From positions 142,850,001-142,914,000 of the forward strand of contig CM059432.1 in the NCBI GenBank assembly GCA_030390025.1: a DNA stretch of 64,000 nucleotides. Direction: 5' to 3'. Of the stretch, positions 62,801 to 64,000 are shown piece by piece. Positions within the stretch are counted from its first letter, which is position 1, and each line of letters starts with the position of its first letter. Below the pieces are notes generated by a model, which did not search any database, had not been told where the DNA came from, and saw only the letters and a list, made by a program, of their open reading frames with translations. The stretch comes from Squalus acanthias (taxonomy: Eukaryota). Position numbers and translations under genes: made by a program.

Positions 62801-64000
62801 CCGGATTATTCTAGTCCTGATCTGTACACACAGTACCAGATTATTCTAGTTCTTGTCTGTACACAGAGTTCTGGATTATTCTAGTCCAGATCTGTACAGA
62901 CAGTTCCATCTTATTCTCATTGTGATCTGTACACACAGTTCCAAATTATTCTAGTCCTGATCTGTAGAAACAGTACCAGATTATTCTAGTCCTGGTCTGT
63001 ACACAGAGTTCCGGATTATTCTAGTACTGATCTGTACACACAGTTCCAGATTATTCTAGTCCTGGTCTGTACACAGAGTTCCGGATTATTCTAGTCCTGA
63101 TCTGTACACACAGTACCAGATTATTCTAGTTCTGGTCTGTACACAGAGTTCCAGATTATTCTAGTCCAGATCTGTACAGACAGTTCCATCTTATTCTCAT
63201 TGTGATCGCTACACACAGTTCCAGATTATTCTAGTCCTGATCTGTAGAAACAGTACCAGATTATTCTAGTCCTGATCTGTAAAACAGTTTCAGATTCTTC
63301 TAGTCATGATTTGTACACACAGTTCCAGATTATTCTAGTCCTGATCTGTAAAACAGTTTCAGATTATTCTAGTCATGATTTGTACACACAGTTCCAGATT
63401 ATTCTAGTCCTGATTTGTAAAACAGTTCTAGATTATTCTAGTCCTGATCTGCACATACAGTTCCAGATTATTTTAGTCCTGATCTGTACACACAGTTCCA
63501 GATTATTCTAGTCCTGATCTGTAAAACAGTTCCAGATTATTCTAGTCATGATCTGTGCACACAGTTCCAGATTATTCTAGTCCTGATCTGTACACATAGT
63601 TCCAGATTATTCTAGTCCTGATCTGTAAAACAGTTCTAGATTATTCTAGTCCTGATCTGTACATACAGTTCAAGAATATTCTAGTCGAATCTGTACAAAC
63701 AGTTCCAGATTATTCTTATCATGACCTGTACACACAGTTGCAGTTTATTCTAGACCTGATCTGTACATACAGTTCCAGATTCTTCTTGTCCTGATCTGTA
63801 CACACTGTTCCACCTTATTCTAGACTTGGTCTGTACACACATTTCCAAATTACCTATAACTAATCTGTAAACACCATTCCAGAATATTCTAGCACTGAAC
63901 TGTACACACAGGTCCAGATTATTCTAGACCTGATGTGCACAATCTGTTCCAGATTATTCTAGTCCTGTTCTGTAAACACGGTTCCAGATTATTCTAGTCC
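56860..64000. repeat. 35-bp tandem satellite/minisatellite, about 200 units, open at the window end
   Basis: Consensus CTGATCTGTACACACAGTTCCAGATTATTCTAGTC. The period of 35 was checked directly (e.g. 61211 and 61246). Confidence 0.97.

Noticed and set aside
56860..64000. CRISPR array, or a repetitive protein from ORFs 57925-58125, 58905-59195, 59898-60164 and 63311-63511
   Set aside because: Units are contiguous with no unique spacers and there are no cas genes. The 35-nt period is not a multiple of 3 and the frames are broken by recurring stops.

Overview
Eukaryotic, repeat-rich vertebrate DNA. A cartilaginous fish (shark) is inferred from the repeat content: an HE1-like V-SINE, Deu-domain SacSINE1-like SINEs and abundant CR1 LINEs. 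The only host gene I can support is the 3' end of EIF3E (eIF3 subunit E/INT6) on the + strand: three coding exons (21903-22005, 29547-29681, 42962-43000) with GT-AG junctions, a stop codon and poly(A) signals. Everything 5' of 21903 appears to be one long intron. The remainder is transposon debris (CR1, L2, RTE, Vingi/ingi-like LINEs, several SINE families, non-autonomous DNA transposons) plus a >7 kb array of 35-bp repeats with higher-order structure that runs off the right edge. The most interesting signal is a Penelope-like (PLE) system. It comprises a decayed RT + GIY-YIG element with an inverted terminal repeat and at least 8 short pLTR-type copies from two families that carry minimal hammerhead-ribozyme-like motifs (intact, decayed or partly deleted). 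One of these is a near-perfect 107-bp fold-back insertion with a 13-bp target-site duplication inside the EIF3E intron. Also notable are a SINE with twin-priming-type 5' inversion geometry, and Harbinger-like MITEs with a position-conserved but sequence-divergent internal hairpin. All family names are recognised by eye; no database search was run.
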